Assembly: GCA_016786595.1 (NCBI GenBank)
Contig: JAEUWB010000035.1
Location: 3,182 to 67,181 of the forward strand
Reading direction: 5' to 3'
Origin: a bacterium
GTDB taxonomy: Bacteria; Bdellovibrionota_C; UBA2361; SZUA-149; JAEUWB01
DNA length: 64,000 bases
The notes beneath the pieces are model-generated. The model saw only the letters and a list, made by a program, of their open reading frames with translations, did no database searches and was not told the DNA's origin. Both the position numbers and the translations under genes were made by a program. Positions 63,255 through 64,000 of this stretch are shown here, piece by piece (the first letter of the stretch is position 1; every line of letters starts with the position of its first letter).

Positions 63255-63535
63255 TGGCTAGAGAAGTGCAGAGGATTTGCAACTAGAGGATTCGAACCGG
63301 GCGGCCGTTAGGCTGCCGAATCAGTAGGGTGAATCTCTCAGGGCGCGATGGCTAGAGAAGTGCAGAGGATTTGCAACTAGAGGATTCGAACCGGGCAGCC
63401 GTTAGGCTGCCGAATCAGTAGGGTGAATCTCTCAGGGTGCGGTGGCTAGAGAAGTGCAGAGGATTTGCAACTAGAGGATTCGAACCGGGCGGCCGTTAGG
63501 CTGCCGAATCAGTAGGGTGAATCTCTCAGGGCGCG
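63255..63535 (+). repeat. Three tandem 93-94 bp direct repeats, each ending with the last 17 nt of the adjacent tRNA-Arg (GAATCTCTCAGGGCGCG)
   Basis: Units 63255-63347, 63348-63441, 63442-63535, differing only by a few substitutions and one 1-bp indel. Begins exactly at the tRNA 3-prime end. Confidence 0.85.
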
Positions 63536-63554
63536 CTTAAAATCGCTTACTGTT

Positions 63555-63614
63555 GTCATCTTGAGCGGAGCGAGTTTCGCTTTGCGAAGCTCGCGGAGTC
63601 GAAAGATCTCCAAA
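63555..63614. repeat. Repeat family A copy
   Basis: GTCATCTTGAGCGGAGCGAGTTTCGCTTTGCGAAGCTCGCGGAGTCGAAAGATCTCCAAAT. Confidence 0.6.
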
Positions 63615-63643
63615 TTAGTTTTGCCAGATACGTAGGAATGCAT

Positions 63644-64000
63644 ATGAAAATCATAGTTGCCCAGACCCTTGCTAACCGTGTGAAGTCTGGTGAGTTAATT
63701 GGCCTTGGTTCGGGGACGACTGTTGAGCTTGCGATTGAGTGCATTGGTAAGCGGATTGCAGAAGAGGGTCTTAAAGTTACCGGAGTGCCTACGTCAATTC
63801 GAGTTGCCCAGCAGGCGGCTAAATCTGGTTTTACGTTGCTACCTTTACAAGCGCAGGCCGACATTAACTGGTCTTTTGATGGGGCTGATGAGGTTGATCC
63901 ACATTTGAATTTAATCAAGGGTCGTGGCGGGGCGATGACTTGTGAAAAGATTTTAGCTCGAGTTAGTCGTCGTCTAGTGATTATTGTGAGTGAGGATAAA
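63644..64000 (+). CDS. rpiA: Ribose-5-phosphate isomerase A, 5-prime partial (continues beyond the window)
   Basis: IGLGSGTTV, GVPTS, DGADEVD and IKGRGGAMTCEKI motifs of RpiA. Confidence 0.8.
   Translation, partial: MKIIVAQTLANRVKSGELIGLGSGTTVELAIECIGKRIAEEGLKVTGVPTSIRVAQQAAKSGFTLLPLQAQADINWSFDGADEVDPHLNLIKGRGGAMTCEKILARVSRRLVIIVSEDK

Noticed and set aside
63255-63535. Possible CRISPR array next to tRNA-Arg
   Set aside because: The 93-94 bp units are contiguous and nearly identical over their whole length. There are no unique spacers between short repeats, so this is a tandem duplication of a tRNA-end-containing unit, not a CRISPR.

Overview
This 64 kb window reads as a chromosomal segment from a Gram-negative bacterium of moderate to low G+C, roughly mid-40s percent. 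Housekeeping genes recognised from motifs are: ccmB (C-terminal part), ccmC, ccmD; galU; a fused PD-(D/E)XK nuclease + UvrD-type helicase (AddAB-like); metH; cysS; tkt; mltB; an SDR epimerase; a LOG-family protein; a redoxin; kup; a rhomboid protease; a pyruvate/2-oxo-acid dehydrogenase operon (lpd, fused E1 alpha/beta, E2); folE2; tRNA-Arg(UCG); and a 5-prime partial rpiA. Several accessory segments sit between these. (1) 10.4-16.5 kb holds a Fic-family gene plus a visibly high-G+C island with two membrane-anchored coiled-coil proteins, each with its own terminator, embedded among dispersed repeats. (2) 26.3-30.3 kb holds a convergent pair of paralogous 545-550 aa proteins flanking a GIY-YIG nuclease gene and an inverted pair of MITE-like repeats. 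(3) 30.3-46.4 kb holds a TraF-like thioredoxin-fold secreted protein and a 622 aa Cys-rich secreted protein, followed by five tandem paralogous 711-932 aa polytopic membrane proteins with a VirB6/TraG-like layout. (4) 52.0-55.5 kb holds a tight four-gene operon of type III CRISPR RAMP homologs: Cmr1-like, Cmr4, Cmr5-like, and a Cmr6 carrying an N-terminal cold-shock domain. No cas10, cmr3, cas6, cas1/2 or CRISPR array is present anywhere in the window. This Cas10-less Cmr-like module is the best candidate for an undescribed system. Two dispersed intergenic repeat families are recognisable by eye, termed here family A (GTCATYTCGAGCG...GTCGAGARATCTCCAAA) and family B (TAAGGGGAAGGGTAAGTTCAAGCCTAAGCC). 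tRNA-Arg is followed by three tandem 93-94 bp repeats that each end with the last 17 nt of the tRNA. All functional calls are motif-level readings of the supplied translations; no database search was possible.
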